Shown here piece by piece: positions 63,938-64,000 of a stretch of 64,000 nt of DNA. Source of the stretch: a virus (taxonomy: Duplodnaviria; Caudoviricetes). The DNA lies in IMG/VR virus record IMGVR_UViG_3300048854_000060, positions 6,604 through 70,603 of that record; one strand, 5' to 3'. Position 1 is the stretch's first letter. Each line of letters opens with the position of its first letter. Position numbers and translations under genes: made by a program. The notes beneath the pieces are model-generated. The model was given only the letters and a program-made list of their open reading frames with translations. It ran no database searches and was not told the origin of the DNA.

Positions 63938-63976
63938 AAACGGCGTTGTGAGAAATCACAACGCCGTTTTTGTTTT
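63938..63976 (+). terminator. Host tRNA-His terminator
   Basis: 14-bp stem, GAAA loop, T-run. Confidence 0.85.
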
Positions 63977-64000
63977 GGCGCTCGTGCGGAGTTTGATCTC

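Overview
The window is almost entirely one temperate prophage of a GC-rich betaproteobacterium; Burkholderiaceae is an inference from protein families. It has a contractile tail (myovirus) and lambdoid regulation. The minus strand carries the late operon: lysis/fibre module, two receptor-binding proteins, baseplate, tape measure, tube/sheath, capsid, NUDIX-protease fusion, MuF, portal and terminase. Also on minus are Q, the nin-like region, replication, cII and cro. The plus strand carries cI, the early-left operon, recombination genes, Xis and Int, ending at a duplicated 3' half of tRNA-His (att, 63862-63911). The left att lies outside the window. Morons include hicAB, an HTH/beta-barrel pair, two tiny membrane peptides, a lone GT-C membrane glycosyltransferase and an antisense Cys-rich gene. 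The most unusual signal is non-coding: about 1.3 kb of densely base-paired sequence in the early-left operon, plus two tRNA mimics. One mimic has a 17-bp acceptor stem and a 63-nt anticodon loop. Each is preceded by the same GACA/GARAGA hairpin motif. All calls come from reading the sequence by eye; no database searches or folding programs were run.
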